DNA of 33,187 nucleotides. It comes from an uncultured Bacilli bacterium. GTDB taxonomy: Bacteria; Bacillota_I; Bacilli_A; RF39; UBA660. Below, piece after piece: positions 1 through 10,471 of this stretch. The notes beneath the pieces are model-generated. The model saw only the letters and a list, made by a program, of their open reading frames with translations, made no database searches and was not told the DNA's origin. Numbering within the stretch: the stretch's first letter is position 1; every line of letters begins with the position of its first letter. Position numbers and translations under genes: made by a program. The DNA lies in the NCBI GenBank assembly GCA_944332465.1, contig CALVJZ010000003.1:1-33187 (forward strand), read 5' to 3'.

Positions 1-2
1 TA

Positions 3-2066
3 TTTATTGGTCTTGGTATTTTAGCTTTTATATTGATTGTTGTTGCGGTTATTGCTACTTTTTCTTTTGCTGCTCCTTTAGATAATGATGTTAAGGTTGA
101 AGAGAATAGTGAGTTAACTTATTATATTGATATTATTTATGATGGTAAGGATGGTAGTGCTGTTACTTCTAGTGATAATGCTACTGCTCAGGTATATAGT
201 GATTATATTTATGTTGAAGATAAGATACCTGATGGTTTAACTTTTAAAGGGTTTGTAGAAACAGAAGATGGTACTATTGGTGCTGTTAAGCGTAGTGATA
301 ATAGTTTTTGTGCAGGTTATGTTGTTGATGGTGTAGATGGACTTAAATATGATGCAGATACACGTATGGTTACTTTTAAAGTTAAGAATTTACAAGCTGG
401 TTGTAAGATAACAGTTGGTATTATTACACAGACTCCTACTTTACCTAGTGGTGTTAATAGAATGGATTTTTATAATACAGCATTTGGACGTGAGGGTAAT
501 CAATCAGCTACTTCAAATACTGTTCATGCTTTTATTGGCCGTGATAGTGTAACTACTTATAATGTTACTTATCAATATACAGGTGATGTTCCTGATAATG
601 CACCAAGTCTTCCACCTGTTTCAAGTTATGCTGCTGGAACAACAGTTGGTATTGCCCAAGATATTAATTTAGATGGTTATCAATTTAGTGGTTGGAAATT
701 AGAGGGCGTAACATCTGTTGATGGTAAATCATTTGTGATGCCAGCTAAGAATGTTGTTTTAACTGGTAGTTTTACGAAGAAAGAACAAAAAGTAGAAGAG
801 GTTAAATATACTATTTCTGGTGTTGCACCTGATGGCTATCTTCCTCCGCTTGATAAGAGTTATCCTGTAGGTAGTGATGTTAAACTTGATTCTTTAAAAC
901 CAGGTGATGTAATTAATGGTTATCGTTTCTTAGGATGGAAAACTGATGATGTAGAACTTCCTCCACTTACAACAGAAGAGTCAACTATATTTACGATGCC
1001 AGATAATCCCGTTACTTTAGTTGGTCAATTTGAAAGAATTAGTTATAAAGTTACTTATAAATTTCAAGGTTCAGTTATTCCACCAAATGCAGATAGTTTG
1101 TTACCAAGTGAAGAAAGTTATTATCCAGGTGATAAAGTAATAACAGCACCTTTCCCTGAGACTTCAGGATATCGTTTCTTAGGGTGGTATCAAGCAGATG
1201 AATTTATAATGCCTGAAGAAGATGTTGTTATTTATGGGGAATGGATGGTTGAAACTGGGGTTTTTGCTCCAAGTATAAGTAAAGATATTGTTGATAAACA
1301 GACTTCTTATCAGTCTGGTGATATAGTTAAGTTTAATATCGTCGTTACAAATAATGAAAATTATGAAATAACTGATGTTATGTTAGAAGAACAATTAGAT
1401 GGTGCTAAGTTTGTAAGTGGTACTGGTTATGAAGTTAAAAATGATTCTTATGTTTTTATACCTAGTATAGGACCTAAAGGAAGTATTAGTGTTTCTGCAC
1501 AATATGTTGCTGGTGATGATGTTGTTAAGACATATAAAAACGTTGTTTCATTAACTGGTGCTCTTGCAGAGGGTAATTATATTTTAGATACTAGTAAAAC
1601 TTATAAAGCTGAAATAGAGTTTTTAGTTAGTAATATATCTTTAGATATTAATAAAGTTAATGAAGATGGAGAAAAATTAAGTAATTCAGAGTTTACTTTA
1701 TATCGTAATTCTAGTTTAACTAGTGTTGTTTCTAAAGGACTTAGTTTTAAAGGTTTATCTCCTGGTACAACATATTATTTAAAAGAAACTAAAGCACCAA
1801 GTGGTTACCAATTATTAGGTAAGACTTTAGAAGTTAAAGTAGATAGTAGTGGTAAAATAACTATTCCAAATTATGAAGTTACTTCTCAAAGTGGAAAACA
1901 TCAAGTTACAATTGTTAATCAAGAAATTAATGTATTACCAAATACTGGTGGAGTAGGAATTGTTCCATTTATAGTAGTTGGATTAGTTCTTATTATATTT
2001 GGTATAGGTTTTGTTATAGCGATGTTTAGAAAGAGAGGTGATAAACATGAAAAGAGTCGTAAGTAG
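3..2066 (+). CDS. Sortase-anchored pilus tip/adhesin protein (5'-truncated); isopeptide/DUF11-like domains, three GY.F.GW repeats, SpaA/CnaB domain, LPNTG anchor
   Basis: Frame is open from the window edge (FIGLGILAFILIVVAV..., signal-peptide-like). E-box YYLKETKAPSGYQL; LPNTG followed by a TM segment and basic tail (RKRGDKHEKSRK); adjacent to pilins and sortases. Confidence 0.85.
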   Translation, partial: FIGLGILAFILIVVAVIATFSFAAPLDNDVKVEENSELTYYIDIIYDGKDGSAVTSSDNATAQVYSDYIYVEDKIPDGLTFKGFVETEDGTIGAVKRSDNSFCAGYVVDGVDGLKYDADTRMVTFKVKNLQAGCKITVGIITQTPTLPSGVNRMDFYNTAFGREGNQSATSNTVHAFIGRDSVTTYNVTYQYTGDVPDNAPSLPPVSSYAAGTTVGIAQDINLDGYQFSGWKLEGVTSVDGKSFVMPAKNVVLTGSFTKKEQKVEEVKYTISGVAPDGYLPPLDKSYPVGSDVKLDSLKPGDVINGYRFLGWKTDDVELPPLTTEESTIFTMPDNPVTLVGQFERISYKVTYKFQGSVIPPNADSLLPSEESYYPGDKVITAPFPETSGYRFLGWYQADEFIMPEEDVVIYGEWMVETGVFAPSISKDIVDKQTSYQSGDIVKFNIVVTNNENYEITDVMLEEQLDGAKFVSGTGYEVKNDSYVFIPSIGPKGSISVSAQYVAGDDVVKTYKNVVSLTGALAEGNYILDTSKTYKAEIEFLVSNISLDINKVNEDGEKLSNSEFTLYRNSSLTSVVSKGLSFKGLSPGTTYYLKETKAPSGYQLLGKTLEVKVDSSGKITIPNYEVTSQSGKHQVTIVNQEINVLPNTGGVGIVPFIVVGLVLIIFGIGFVIAMFRKRGDKHEKSRK
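555..1245 (+). repeat. Three internal ~75-aa repeats (Listeria-Bacteroides/InlB B-repeat or SHIRT-like)
   Basis: Y.V.Y...G..P.....Y..G..V......GY(Q/R)F(S/L)GW....F.MP...V...G.(F/W) occurs three times in the translation; boundaries approximate. Confidence 0.7.
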
Positions 2067-2730
2067 TTTATTTGTTCTATTTTGTATTTTATGTTTAGTA
2101 CCTTTCTCAGTTTCTGCTGATGTGATAGATAATACACATACATCTAGTATGAATATTAGTTATAAGTATGGTGATATTTCTATTAGTAATACGCAAGTAT
2201 CATTATATTATTTAGGTGGATATGATGAGAGTGGTAATTTACAATTTACAGAAGAATATGCACCTGTTAGTTTTAATCCTTTAGAATTAGATACTATGGG
2301 ATTAGAAGTTCAAGCTAAAAAAGTAGAAGATTTTATTACTACTTCTAAGTGTATTCCTAGTTATGATGAAAATACTAATGAATCTGGTGAGATTAATTTT
2401 AGTAATTTAGTACCAGGAATTTACTTTGTTAGTTATGATGTTAAAGAGATAGATGGTTATTCTTATTATGCAGCTCCTGTTTTAGTAAGCATTCCTGTTT
2501 TACAAGATGATTTATATCAATATGATATTAATATGAATGTAAAGACAGAGCGTGAACAAATTATTTTGGATAATACTCCTAATGGAGAAGATATAAATGT
2601 GCCTAATACAATTGATAATGTTTTATATTATGGGGTATTATTAGTAATTTCTGTATTAGTCATTTTTGGAATAATGACTTATTTGATAAAAATTAAAGAA
2701 GTGAAAGGTGAGAAAAATGATAAAAAGTAA
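2047..2730 (+). CDS. Minor/basal pilin subunit with non-canonical VPNT sorting signal
   Basis: RBS AGAGGTG before ATG 2047; signal peptide ending VSA; CnaB-like motif TNESGEINFSNLVPGIYFV; INVPNTID followed by TM and basic tail. Confidence 0.7.
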   Translation: MKRVVSSLFVLFCILCLVPFSVSADVIDNTHTSSMNISYKYGDISISNTQVSLYYLGGYDESGNLQFTEEYAPVSFNPLELDTMGLEVQAKKVEDFITTSKCIPSYDENTNESGEINFSNLVPGIYFVSYDVKEIDGYSYYAAPVLVSIPVLQDDLYQYDINMNVKTEREQIILDNTPNGEDINVPNTIDNVLYYGVLLVISVLVIFGIMTYLIKIKEVKGEKNDKK

Positions 2731-4240
2731 AAAGATTTTAATTTTTGTTGTCTCTGTATTTATGTTCTTTGGTCTTTTAAATGTTAGTGCTATTACAACT
2801 GGTAGTACTACAGGAACTATTGATACAGGAAGTAAAATTGTTACAGACCAAGCGTCTCTTATTGTAAGAGGTGTTGAAAATGGTGATCGTTTTAATGCTT
2901 ATAAAGTATTAGATACATATTATAATGCTACTACAAATACTATTAGTTATCAGTTTACAAATGATTTTCAAAAGTTTTTAAGTAGTAGTGATACTTATAG
3001 AGATTTAACTGTTGATAATTTATATAAGTATACAAGTGGTAATATTTCTAGTGGAAGTACTTTATCAACTTCAGATATTGATAAATTAGCTAGTGCTTAT
3101 GCTGGATATGTTCGTAAGAATAGTGTAAATGGTACAGCAATGAATGTAAGTGCTAATACAGCTAGTGCTCAACTTCAAGCTGGTTCTTATTTAGTATTAC
3201 CTACACAAACAATGAAAGTTTATGCTGTTATGTTTGGTAACTTAGATTTTACAGCAAATGGTGATAGTTGGACAATTAATAATGAAACAATTACAGCTAA
3301 AGTAAGTAATGCTGGTGTTAGTAAATCAGTTGGTGAAGAGAATATGGATAATGGTTCATATTCAATTGGAGATGATATTCCATTTATTGTTAAAGCAACT
3401 GTTCCACAATATCCAACAAATGCAACTAATAAGACTTATGTAATTAAAGATACTGTTACAGCTGGTCTTACATTTAATGGGGTACAATCTGTTATTATTC
3501 ATGATGGTGATGAAACTTTAGTAACTGCTAGTAATGGTAATGTTACAAATAGTTCAGATGAACAAGTAGCAACTATTAAGATTAGTGGACAAACATTAAC
3601 TATTACATTTAATGTAGATTATGTTAATAGTACAGCTTTAACTATTAATTATTCTGCTAAGTTAAATAATAATGCTGGTCTTGGAGCAACAGGTGGAAAT
3701 AAAAATAGTGTTAGTTTAACTTATTCAAATGATCCATATGGTACAGGTAGTTATACAACTATACCAGCTGATGGAGATAGTGAAGTAGATATTTATGTTT
3801 ATGGATTAGAAATCTATAAATATGGTGAAAGTGATGATAGTGTTAATGTTGCGTTACAAAATGCAGAATTTACTATTTATAAAGATAGTAGTTTAAATAA
3901 TAAAATTGCAACAGTAACTACTAATGCTAAAGGTATTGCTCAATACAAAGGTTTAGGTGCAGGAACTTATTATGTAAAAGAAACTAAAGCTCCTACTGGT
4001 TATGTATTAGATAGTAGTATTCATGAAATTGAAATTGGTCCTAGTGGTACATTAGAGGCTGCTGATACTGAAGGTTATTATCGTTTAGAAGTTAGTAACC
4101 AAAAAGCGGGACTTTTACCTGTTACAGGTAGTGTTGGAACTATTTTATTTGTAGTTTTAGGTCTTGCAATTATTGGTATAGCTGTATATTTCTTTGGATT
4201 TTACAAAAAGAATAAAAAACAAGGTGAACAAGCTATATAA
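2717..4240 (+). CDS. Major (backbone) pilin, SpaH/EbpC/RrgB-like with isopeptide D2 domain
   Basis: Signal peptide; D2-like segment (YVIKDTVTAGLTF...INYSAKLN...NSVSLTYSNDP); E-box YYVKETKAPTGYVL; LPVTG, TM and KKNKK; directly upstream of a class C sortase. Confidence 0.88.
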   Translation: MIKSKKILIFVVSVFMFFGLLNVSAITTGSTTGTIDTGSKIVTDQASLIVRGVENGDRFNAYKVLDTYYNATTNTISYQFTNDFQKFLSSSDTYRDLTVDNLYKYTSGNISSGSTLSTSDIDKLASAYAGYVRKNSVNGTAMNVSANTASAQLQAGSYLVLPTQTMKVYAVMFGNLDFTANGDSWTINNETITAKVSNAGVSKSVGEENMDNGSYSIGDDIPFIVKATVPQYPTNATNKTYVIKDTVTAGLTFNGVQSVIIHDGDETLVTASNGNVTNSSDEQVATIKISGQTLTITFNVDYVNSTALTINYSAKLNNNAGLGATGGNKNSVSLTYSNDPYGTGSYTTIPADGDSEVDIYVYGLEIYKYGESDDSVNVALQNAEFTIYKDSSLNNKIATVTTNAKGIAQYKGLGAGTYYVKETKAPTGYVLDSSIHEIEIGPSGTLEAADTEGYYRLEVSNQKAGLLPVTGSVGTILFVVLGLAIIGIAVYFFGFYKKNKKQGEQAI

Positions 4241-4243
4241 TTT

Positions 4244-5137
4244 ATGAAGAATGCGATAAAAGAAAATAAGTTAGTTATTTTTCTATTTATCCCTATGATT
4301 TTATTAGGATTAGGATTACTCCTATATCCTTTTATAAGTAATCGAATTAGTGTTGGACATTATCAGAAGGTTATTCAAACTTATGATAAAAAAGTAAGTG
4401 AAGAAACAAGGGATGCTAATAATAAACTGCTTATGGATGCCAGAGAATATAATAGAAGTTTATCGTTTGGTGAAGTAGTTGATGTTTTTCAAAATCCTGA
4501 AGTTAAAAATTCTGATAGATATTTGTCTATTTTAAATATTAATGATAATGGAATGATGGGATACATCTCAATACCTAAGATAGATGTAAGAATACCAATT
4601 TATCATGGTACAACGTCAGATGTATTGCAAAAAGGGGTTGGACATTTAGAAGGTAGTTCTTTTCCAGTAGGTGGAGAAAGTACGCATGCGATTTTATCTG
4701 CTCATAGAGGACTACCTTCATCTAAATTATTTACTGATTTAGATCAATTGAAAAAAGGGGATATTTTCTATATATATATTCTCAATCAGGTCCTTGCCTA
4801 TCAAGTAGATCAAGTATTAGTTACAGAGCCATCAGAAACAGATGCTTTAAGAATTGTTGATGGTAAAGACTATATTACTTTAGTTACTTGTACACCATAT
4901 GCTATTAATACTCATAGATTACTAGTTCGTGGGGAAAGAATAGAATATAATGAACAAGTCGAAAAGGATATAGAAGTAGATTATGCTTTATCTACAGCAG
5001 ATATCATTTTATATATCAGTTTAGTTATAGCATTATTACTTATTGTTGTTGCTATAATATGTTTTATTAAATCTAGAAAAAATAGACAAAATCCAAAAGA
5101 TGTAGAAACTAATTCTTCAGATATTGAAGTTATATAG
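4244..5137 (+). CDS. srtC: Class C (pilin-polymerising) sortase
   Basis: Catalytic SAHRG and TLVTCTPYAINTHRLLVRG; N- and C-terminal TM segments; lid-like DVF. Confidence 0.95.
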   Translation: MKNAIKENKLVIFLFIPMILLGLGLLLYPFISNRISVGHYQKVIQTYDKKVSEETRDANNKLLMDAREYNRSLSFGEVVDVFQNPEVKNSDRYLSILNINDNGMMGYISIPKIDVRIPIYHGTTSDVLQKGVGHLEGSSFPVGGESTHAILSAHRGLPSSKLFTDLDQLKKGDIFYIYILNQVLAYQVDQVLVTEPSETDALRIVDGKDYITLVTCTPYAINTHRLLVRGERIEYNEQVEKDIEVDYALSTADIILYISLVIALLLIVVAIICFIKSRKNRQNPKDVETNSSDIEVI

Positions 5138-5146
5138 GAGGACGTT

Positions 5147-5929
5147 ATGAGAAAGATTAAAAGAATTATTTTATATATTATTTTAGTCTTTTTTATAGGC
5201 GTTTTCTTTTTTTCTTTATGTCATATTATTATGTGGTATTTTGATAATAAAAAAACAGATAAAATTATTAATGAATTACAAGATATGGTGGAAGTTATTC
5301 CTCCTAAAGAGAATATTACAACAGAGATGTTAGATAGTAGTAAATATTATGATGTTTCATTATTAAGTGTTGATTTTACTAATTTATTACAAAAGAATAA
5401 TGATGTTGTTGGATGGATTCAAATACCTAATACTAATGTTGATTATCCATTTGTACAAACTAAAAATAATAGTTATTATTTAACACATTCTTTTGATAAG
5501 AAATATAATGATGCAGGATGGTTGTTTTTAGATTATAGAAATCATTTAAATCCCATAGATATGAATACTATTATTTATGCACATGGTAGAGTAGATGGTA
5601 CTATGTTTGGTAGTTTAAAAAATATACTTAGTGATGAGTTTCTAGATAAAGATGAGTGTTATATTAAAATGTCTACATTAAGTTATAATTATTTATTTGA
5701 AATATTTAGTGCATATCATATAAAAACAACAGATGATTATTTAGATACTAATTATAAAGATTTAAGTAAGTATCGTGATTATTTAGATAAAATTAAAAAG
5801 CGTAGTATGATAGATTTTGATAATAGTGTTTCAACTCAGAATAAAATAATTACACTATCTACTTGTTATAACAACTGGGAGAAGATGGTAGTTCATGCAA
5901 AGCTTGTTAAACAGGAAAAAAGATATTAA
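5147..5929 (+). CDS. srtB: Class B sortase
   Basis: N-terminal TM; GWIQIPNTNVDYP, YYLTHSF, NTIIYAH, GTMFGSL, TLSTC typical of SrtB. Confidence 0.9.
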   Translation: MRKIKRIILYIILVFFIGVFFFSLCHIIMWYFDNKKTDKIINELQDMVEVIPPKENITTEMLDSSKYYDVSLLSVDFTNLLQKNNDVVGWIQIPNTNVDYPFVQTKNNSYYLTHSFDKKYNDAGWLFLDYRNHLNPIDMNTIIYAHGRVDGTMFGSLKNILSDEFLDKDECYIKMSTLSYNYLFEIFSAYHIKTTDDYLDTNYKDLSKYRDYLDKIKKRSMIDFDNSVSTQNKIITLSTCYNNWEKMVVHAKLVKQEKRY

Positions 5930-5982
5930 AGTCTTTTTTCTTTTTTTGTTTTTTGATATACTTTTTTTGTGGTGAAGTACTT

Positions 5983-6837
5983 ATGAAATTAATAGTTAAT
6001 AAAAATAGTGAGTTATTAGAATATCTATATGAACATTTAGATATGCCTAAAAAACGTGTTAAACAGTATTTAGTACATGGTGCTGTTTATGTAGAAGATG
6101 ATAGAGTTACACAGTATAATTATCCTTTAATTGCAGGGATGAGAATTACTATTGATACAAATAGTCGTAATTTAGCGAAATTACCTTTTGAGGTATTGTT
6201 TGAAGATGAACATTTACTTGTTGTTAATAAACCTAGTGGACTACTTACAATTGCAACTGAGAAAGAAAAAGAAAGAACTTTATATCATATTGTTAGAGAT
6301 TATGTTATTTCTAAAAATCCACATGGAAGAATATTTATTGTGCATAGATTAGATAAAGATACAAGTGGTATTGTTTTATTTGCAAAAGATGAAAGAACTA
6401 AAAATCAATTACAAGAAAATTGGAATGAGTATGTTAGTTTAAGAGAATATACAGCTGTTTGTCATGGTACTCCTAGAGAAGATAGTGGACAAATTGTTCA
6501 GTATTTAAAAGAGACTAAAACTAATTTAGTTTATGTAGCACGTGGAGAAGATGGTAAAAGAGCTATTACTAATTATAAACTATTACAAAAGAGTAATAAT
6601 TATTCTATGTTAAAGATTACGATTGAAACTGGTCGTAAAAATCAAATTAGGGTTGCTTTAGCAAGTAAAAAGATGCCTATTGTAGGTGATAAAAAGTATG
6701 GAATTAGGGATAAAGCAAATCGTTTGTTTTTACATGCTAATCGTTTAAAGATTTATTATCCTGTAATTAAGAAAGATATTTTATTTGAAACAAGTATTCC
6801 TAATGAGTTTAAAAAGTTAATTAGTAATGATAAGTAG
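5983..6837 (+). CDS. RluA-family RNA pseudouridine synthase
   Basis: VVNKPSGLL, HRLDKDTSG (catalytic Asp), ETGRKNQIR, IVGDKKYG, LFLHA; ATG 5983 after GGTG. Confidence 0.93.
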   Translation: MKLIVNKNSELLEYLYEHLDMPKKRVKQYLVHGAVYVEDDRVTQYNYPLIAGMRITIDTNSRNLAKLPFEVLFEDEHLLVVNKPSGLLTIATEKEKERTLYHIVRDYVISKNPHGRIFIVHRLDKDTSGIVLFAKDERTKNQLQENWNEYVSLREYTAVCHGTPREDSGQIVQYLKETKTNLVYVARGEDGKRAITNYKLLQKSNNYSMLKITIETGRKNQIRVALASKKMPIVGDKKYGIRDKANRLFLHANRLKIYYPVIKKDILFETSIPNEFKKLISNDK

Positions 6838-6845
6838 GTGATATT

Positions 6846-7145
6846 ATGGATTATAGTAAAAGAGTTGAAATAGAAAGATTAAGAGCACTTCGTAGCGCTT
6901 TAACTACTTTTAGTGGAGGTAGTTTTATTTTAGCTTGTGCTTCTTGTATTTTTCCTGATTCTCTTTCTGTTAGTCCTGAATTATCTACTTTTTTATTTGG
7001 AATTGTAGGACTTGCAAGTTATTGTAAAAGTATAGAATGTAGTGATAGAATTTCACTTTTAGAAAGTGAAAGTTCTAAAACTATGAAAAAAGTTTTTAAA
7101 CCTGGTGTTTCATTAGACAGGAATAAAAATTTGACAAATTCATAA
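6846..7145 (+). CDS. Small hypothetical membrane protein (two hydrophobic segments)
   Basis: RBS AGGTGA, 8 nt gap after the upstream stop; two hydrophobic stretches; no recognisable family. Confidence 0.65.
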   Translation: MDYSKRVEIERLRALRSALTTFSGGSFILACASCIFPDSLSVSPELSTFLFGIVGLASYCKSIECSDRISLLESESSKTMKKVFKPGVSLDRNKNLTNS

Positions 7146-7159
7146 TTATATAGTAGAAT
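7131..7159 (+). promoter_or_regulatory. SigA promoter for the Asn T-box leader
   Basis: TTGACA-17 nt-TAGAAT. Confidence 0.75.
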
Positions 7160-7179
7160 CAATTTATCGTTTTTAAAAC

Positions 7180-7452
7180 GTTGAGGAAAAGAAGTAACTA
7201 TTTATTTATTCTTAAAGAGAGCTTGTGGTTGGTGGAAACAGGTAGAAGATAGTAGTGAATAACATTTCTGAGTGCTTAAAGAATTAAGTAGACTAAGCCG
7301 GTAGCAGACCGTTATATTTGCTAGATTTGATTGAATCGAAAAAGTGATTATGAAGAATTAATAACCTTTATAATAAATTGGGTGGCACCGCGGAAGACTA
7401 GTTTCGTCCCATAGTACTATTTAAGTATTATGGTACAGACTAGTCTTTTTAA
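7180..7452 (+). ncRNA. T-box riboswitch, Asn-specific
   Basis: AGAGA and GGTGGAA stem I motifs (7216-7243); specifier AAC at 7261-7263; T-box AATTGGGTGGCACCGCGG...CGTCCC at ~7376-7410, where UGGC pairs with GCCA (tRNA-Asn discriminator G); GACTAG...CTAGTC-TTTTT terminator; precedes asnB-asnS. Confidence 0.9.
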
Positions 7453-7476
7453 TTTATTATTTAAGGAGTGATATTT

Positions 7477-9060
7477 ATGTGTGGATTTAGTGTTTATACT
7501 AAAAGAGATATTAGTAAGGAAGAGTTTAGTAAAAGTTTTAAGAAGATAGAGTATCGTGGACCAGATATGAGTCGTATAGAAGAGTATGATTATGGTATAT
7601 TTGGTTTTCATCGTTTGTCTATTATGGGACCTAGTGAAAGTGGTATGCAACCTATGCATTATCATGATAATGTTTTAGTTTGTAATGGTGAAATTTATGG
7701 TTTTCATAAAATTAAAGAAGAATTAATAGCAGATGGTGTAGAGTTTAAGAGTGAAAGTGATTGTGAAGTTTTACTTCCTATGTATGAAAAGTATGGTTTA
7801 GATATGTTTCGTATGTTAGATAGTGAGTTTGCTTGTTGTTTCTATGATGCAAAGAAAAAAGATTTTATTGCAGCAAGAGATCCAATTGGAATAAGAGCAA
7901 TGTTTTATGGGTATTCTAAAGTAAGTCATTCTATTATGTTTGCTAGTGAAGCTAAAGCCTTAGTTGATCTTTGTGATGAGGTATTTCCTTTTCCTCCAGG
8001 ATATTATTATGCTGATGGTAAGTTTACACAGTATTGTGATATGACTAAGGTTGATAAGTTTGTAAGTGGTGATTTAGAAAAGATTTATCCGGAGATTAAT
8101 AAAAGATTAGTAGAAGGAATTAAGAAAAGATTAGATTCTGATATGCCAGTAGGATTTTTACTTAGTGGGGGACTTGATTCAAGTTTAGTTTGTAGTGTAG
8201 CTGCAAAAATTTCTGATAAACCAATTCGTACTTTTGCAATTGGTATGGATATTGATGCAATTGATTTAAAATATGCAAAACAAGTAGCAGATTATATTGG
8301 TAGCAATCATACAGAAGTTATTATTAGCCGTGATGATGTAATTGAAGCATTACGTGATGTTATTTATCGTTTAGAAACCTGGGATATAACAACAATTCGT
8401 GCTAGTATTGGAATGTATTTACTTTCTAAATGGATAAGAGAAAATACAGATATACGTGTTCTTTTAACAGGGGAAGTTAGTGATGAGTTATTTGGATATA
8501 AATATACAGATTTTGCACCTAGTGCTGAAGAGTTTCAAAAAGAAAGTGAAAAAAGAATTCGTGAACTTTATATGTATGATGTTTTACGTGCTGATAGATG
8601 TATTTCAAGTTGTAGTTTAGAAGCTCGTGTACCATTTGCAGATTTAGATTTTGTGTCTTATGTTATGAGTATTGATCCTAAGTTAAAGATGAATAGTTAT
8701 GGACAAGGTAAATATTTACTTCGTAAGTCTTTTGAAGGTGGTTATTTACCGGATAGTATTTTGTATAGAGAAAAAGCTGCTTTTAGTGATGCAGTTGGAC
8801 ATTCTTTAGTGGATGATTTAAAAGAATATGCTGAGAGTTTATATAGTGATGAAGACTATAAAGAAAGAATAAAAAAATATACAACACATACACCATTTAC
8901 AAAAGAATCATTATTATATCGTGAGATATTTGAAGAATTTTATCCAGGACATAGTGACTTTATTGTTGATTACTGGATGCCAAATAAAAATTGGGAAGGT
9001 TGTCAAGTAGATGATCCAAGTGCGAGAGTGTTATCTAACTATGGTGCTAGTGGAGAATAG
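7477..9060 (+). CDS. asnB: Asparagine synthetase B (glutamine-hydrolysing)
   Basis: N-terminal MCG (Ntn Cys), HRLSIM, NGEIY, LLSGGLDSS, GEVSDELFG, LEARVPF, REKAAFSD; RBS AAGGAG. Confidence 0.95.
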   Translation: MCGFSVYTKRDISKEEFSKSFKKIEYRGPDMSRIEEYDYGIFGFHRLSIMGPSESGMQPMHYHDNVLVCNGEIYGFHKIKEELIADGVEFKSESDCEVLLPMYEKYGLDMFRMLDSEFACCFYDAKKKDFIAARDPIGIRAMFYGYSKVSHSIMFASEAKALVDLCDEVFPFPPGYYYADGKFTQYCDMTKVDKFVSGDLEKIYPEINKRLVEGIKKRLDSDMPVGFLLSGGLDSSLVCSVAAKISDKPIRTFAIGMDIDAIDLKYAKQVADYIGSNHTEVIISRDDVIEALRDVIYRLETWDITTIRASIGMYLLSKWIRENTDIRVLLTGEVSDELFGYKYTDFAPSAEEFQKESEKRIRELYMYDVLRADRCISSCSLEARVPFADLDFVSYVMSIDPKLKMNSYGQGKYLLRKSFEGGYLPDSILYREKAAFSDAVGHSLVDDLKEYAESLYSDEDYKERIKKYTTHTPFTKESLLYREIFEEFYPGHSDFIVDYWMPNKNWEGCQVDDPSARVLSNYGASGE

Positions 9061-9088
9061 GTGTTATACTAAGTGAGGAGGAATAATT

Positions 9089-10471
9089 ATGGTAATTGAT
9101 GCGAAAGAGTTATATGAAAAAATAGAAGAATTTATGGATAAAGATGTTACAATTCAAGGATGGATTCGTAATCATCGTAAACAAAAAGAATTTGGGTTTA
9201 TTGATTTTTCTGATGGAACTTGTTTTAATCATATTCAAGTTGTCTATGATGATAAGTTAGAGGACTTTGATGATATTCAAAAATATCATGTTGGTAGTGC
9301 AATTGAAGTTTTAGGTAAAGTAGTAGAATCACCTAAAGAGGGACAAGCTTTTGAAATTCAAGCTAAGAAAGTTATATTACTTGGTGACTGTCCAGAAGAT
9401 TATCCAATTCAACCTAAAAAACATTCACGTGAGTTTTTAAGAGAACAAGCATATCTTAGACCTAGAACAAACTTATTCCAAGCTGTATTTCGTGTTAGAA
9501 GTGTAGCAGCTTATGCAATTCATAGATATTTTCAAGAACATGGTTATGTATATTTTCATGCTCCACTTATTACAGCAAGTGACTGTGAAGGAGCAGGGGA
9601 GATGTTTCATGTTACTTGTATGGATTTAGAGAGTGTTCCTAAAGTAGATGGTAAAGTTGATTATAGTAAAGATATGTTTCAAAAGCCTGCTTCATTAACT
9701 GTTTCTGGACAACTTGAAGCAGAAACTTTTGCTTTAGCATATAAGAAGACTTATACATTTGGACCTACTTTTAGAGCAGAAAATTCAAATACTAAAGTTC
9801 ATGCTAATGAGTTTTGGATGATTGAACCAGAGATTGCTTTTTGTGATTTAAAACAAGATATGGATATTATGGAAGAGATGTTAAAGTATGTAGTTGGTTA
9901 TGTACTTGATCATTGTAAAGATGAAATGAGTTTCTTAGATAAATTTGTGGAAAAAGGATTAATTGAAAAACTTACAAAGTTAGTTAATTCTAAATTTACA
10001 CGTGTTACACATAGAGAAGTTATTGATATTTTACAAAAAGCAGATGTTAAATGGGAATTTGAACCTAAACAGGGTGAAGATATTGCGAAAGAACATGAAA
10101 AATATATTACAGAATATTTTAATGGACCAGTATTTATTACAAATTGGCCAAAAGATATTAAAGCATTCTATATGAAATTAAATGAAGATGGTGAAACTGT
10201 TGCGGCAGTTGATCTTGAAGTACCAGGTGCTGGAGAAATCATGGGAGGAAGCCAAAGAGAAGAAGATTATGATAAACTTGTGTCTCGTATGAGGGAGTTA
10301 GATATGGATATGAGTGAGTTAGATTGGTATATTAATCTTCGTAGGTTTGGTGGATGTGTTCATTCAGGATTTGGTATGGGATTTGAACGTTTACTAATCT
10401 ATTTAACAGGTGTTGAAAACATTCGTGATGTTATTCCATATCCTAGAACACCAGGTAATTGTGACTTTTAA
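9089..10471 (+). CDS. asnS: Asparagine--tRNA ligase
   Basis: LTVSGQL, GPTFRAENSNT, EFWMIEPE, GEIMGGSQRE, GFGMGFERL, NIRDVIPYPR. Confidence 0.97.
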   Translation: MVIDAKELYEKIEEFMDKDVTIQGWIRNHRKQKEFGFIDFSDGTCFNHIQVVYDDKLEDFDDIQKYHVGSAIEVLGKVVESPKEGQAFEIQAKKVILLGDCPEDYPIQPKKHSREFLREQAYLRPRTNLFQAVFRVRSVAAYAIHRYFQEHGYVYFHAPLITASDCEGAGEMFHVTCMDLESVPKVDGKVDYSKDMFQKPASLTVSGQLEAETFALAYKKTYTFGPTFRAENSNTKVHANEFWMIEPEIAFCDLKQDMDIMEEMLKYVVGYVLDHCKDEMSFLDKFVEKGLIEKLTKLVNSKFTRVTHREVIDILQKADVKWEFEPKQGEDIAKEHEKYITEYFNGPVFITNWPKDIKAFYMKLNEDGETVAAVDLEVPGAGEIMGGSQREEDYDKLVSRMRELDMDMSELDWYINLRRFGGCVHSGFGMGFERLLIYLTGVENIRDVIPYPRTPGNCDF

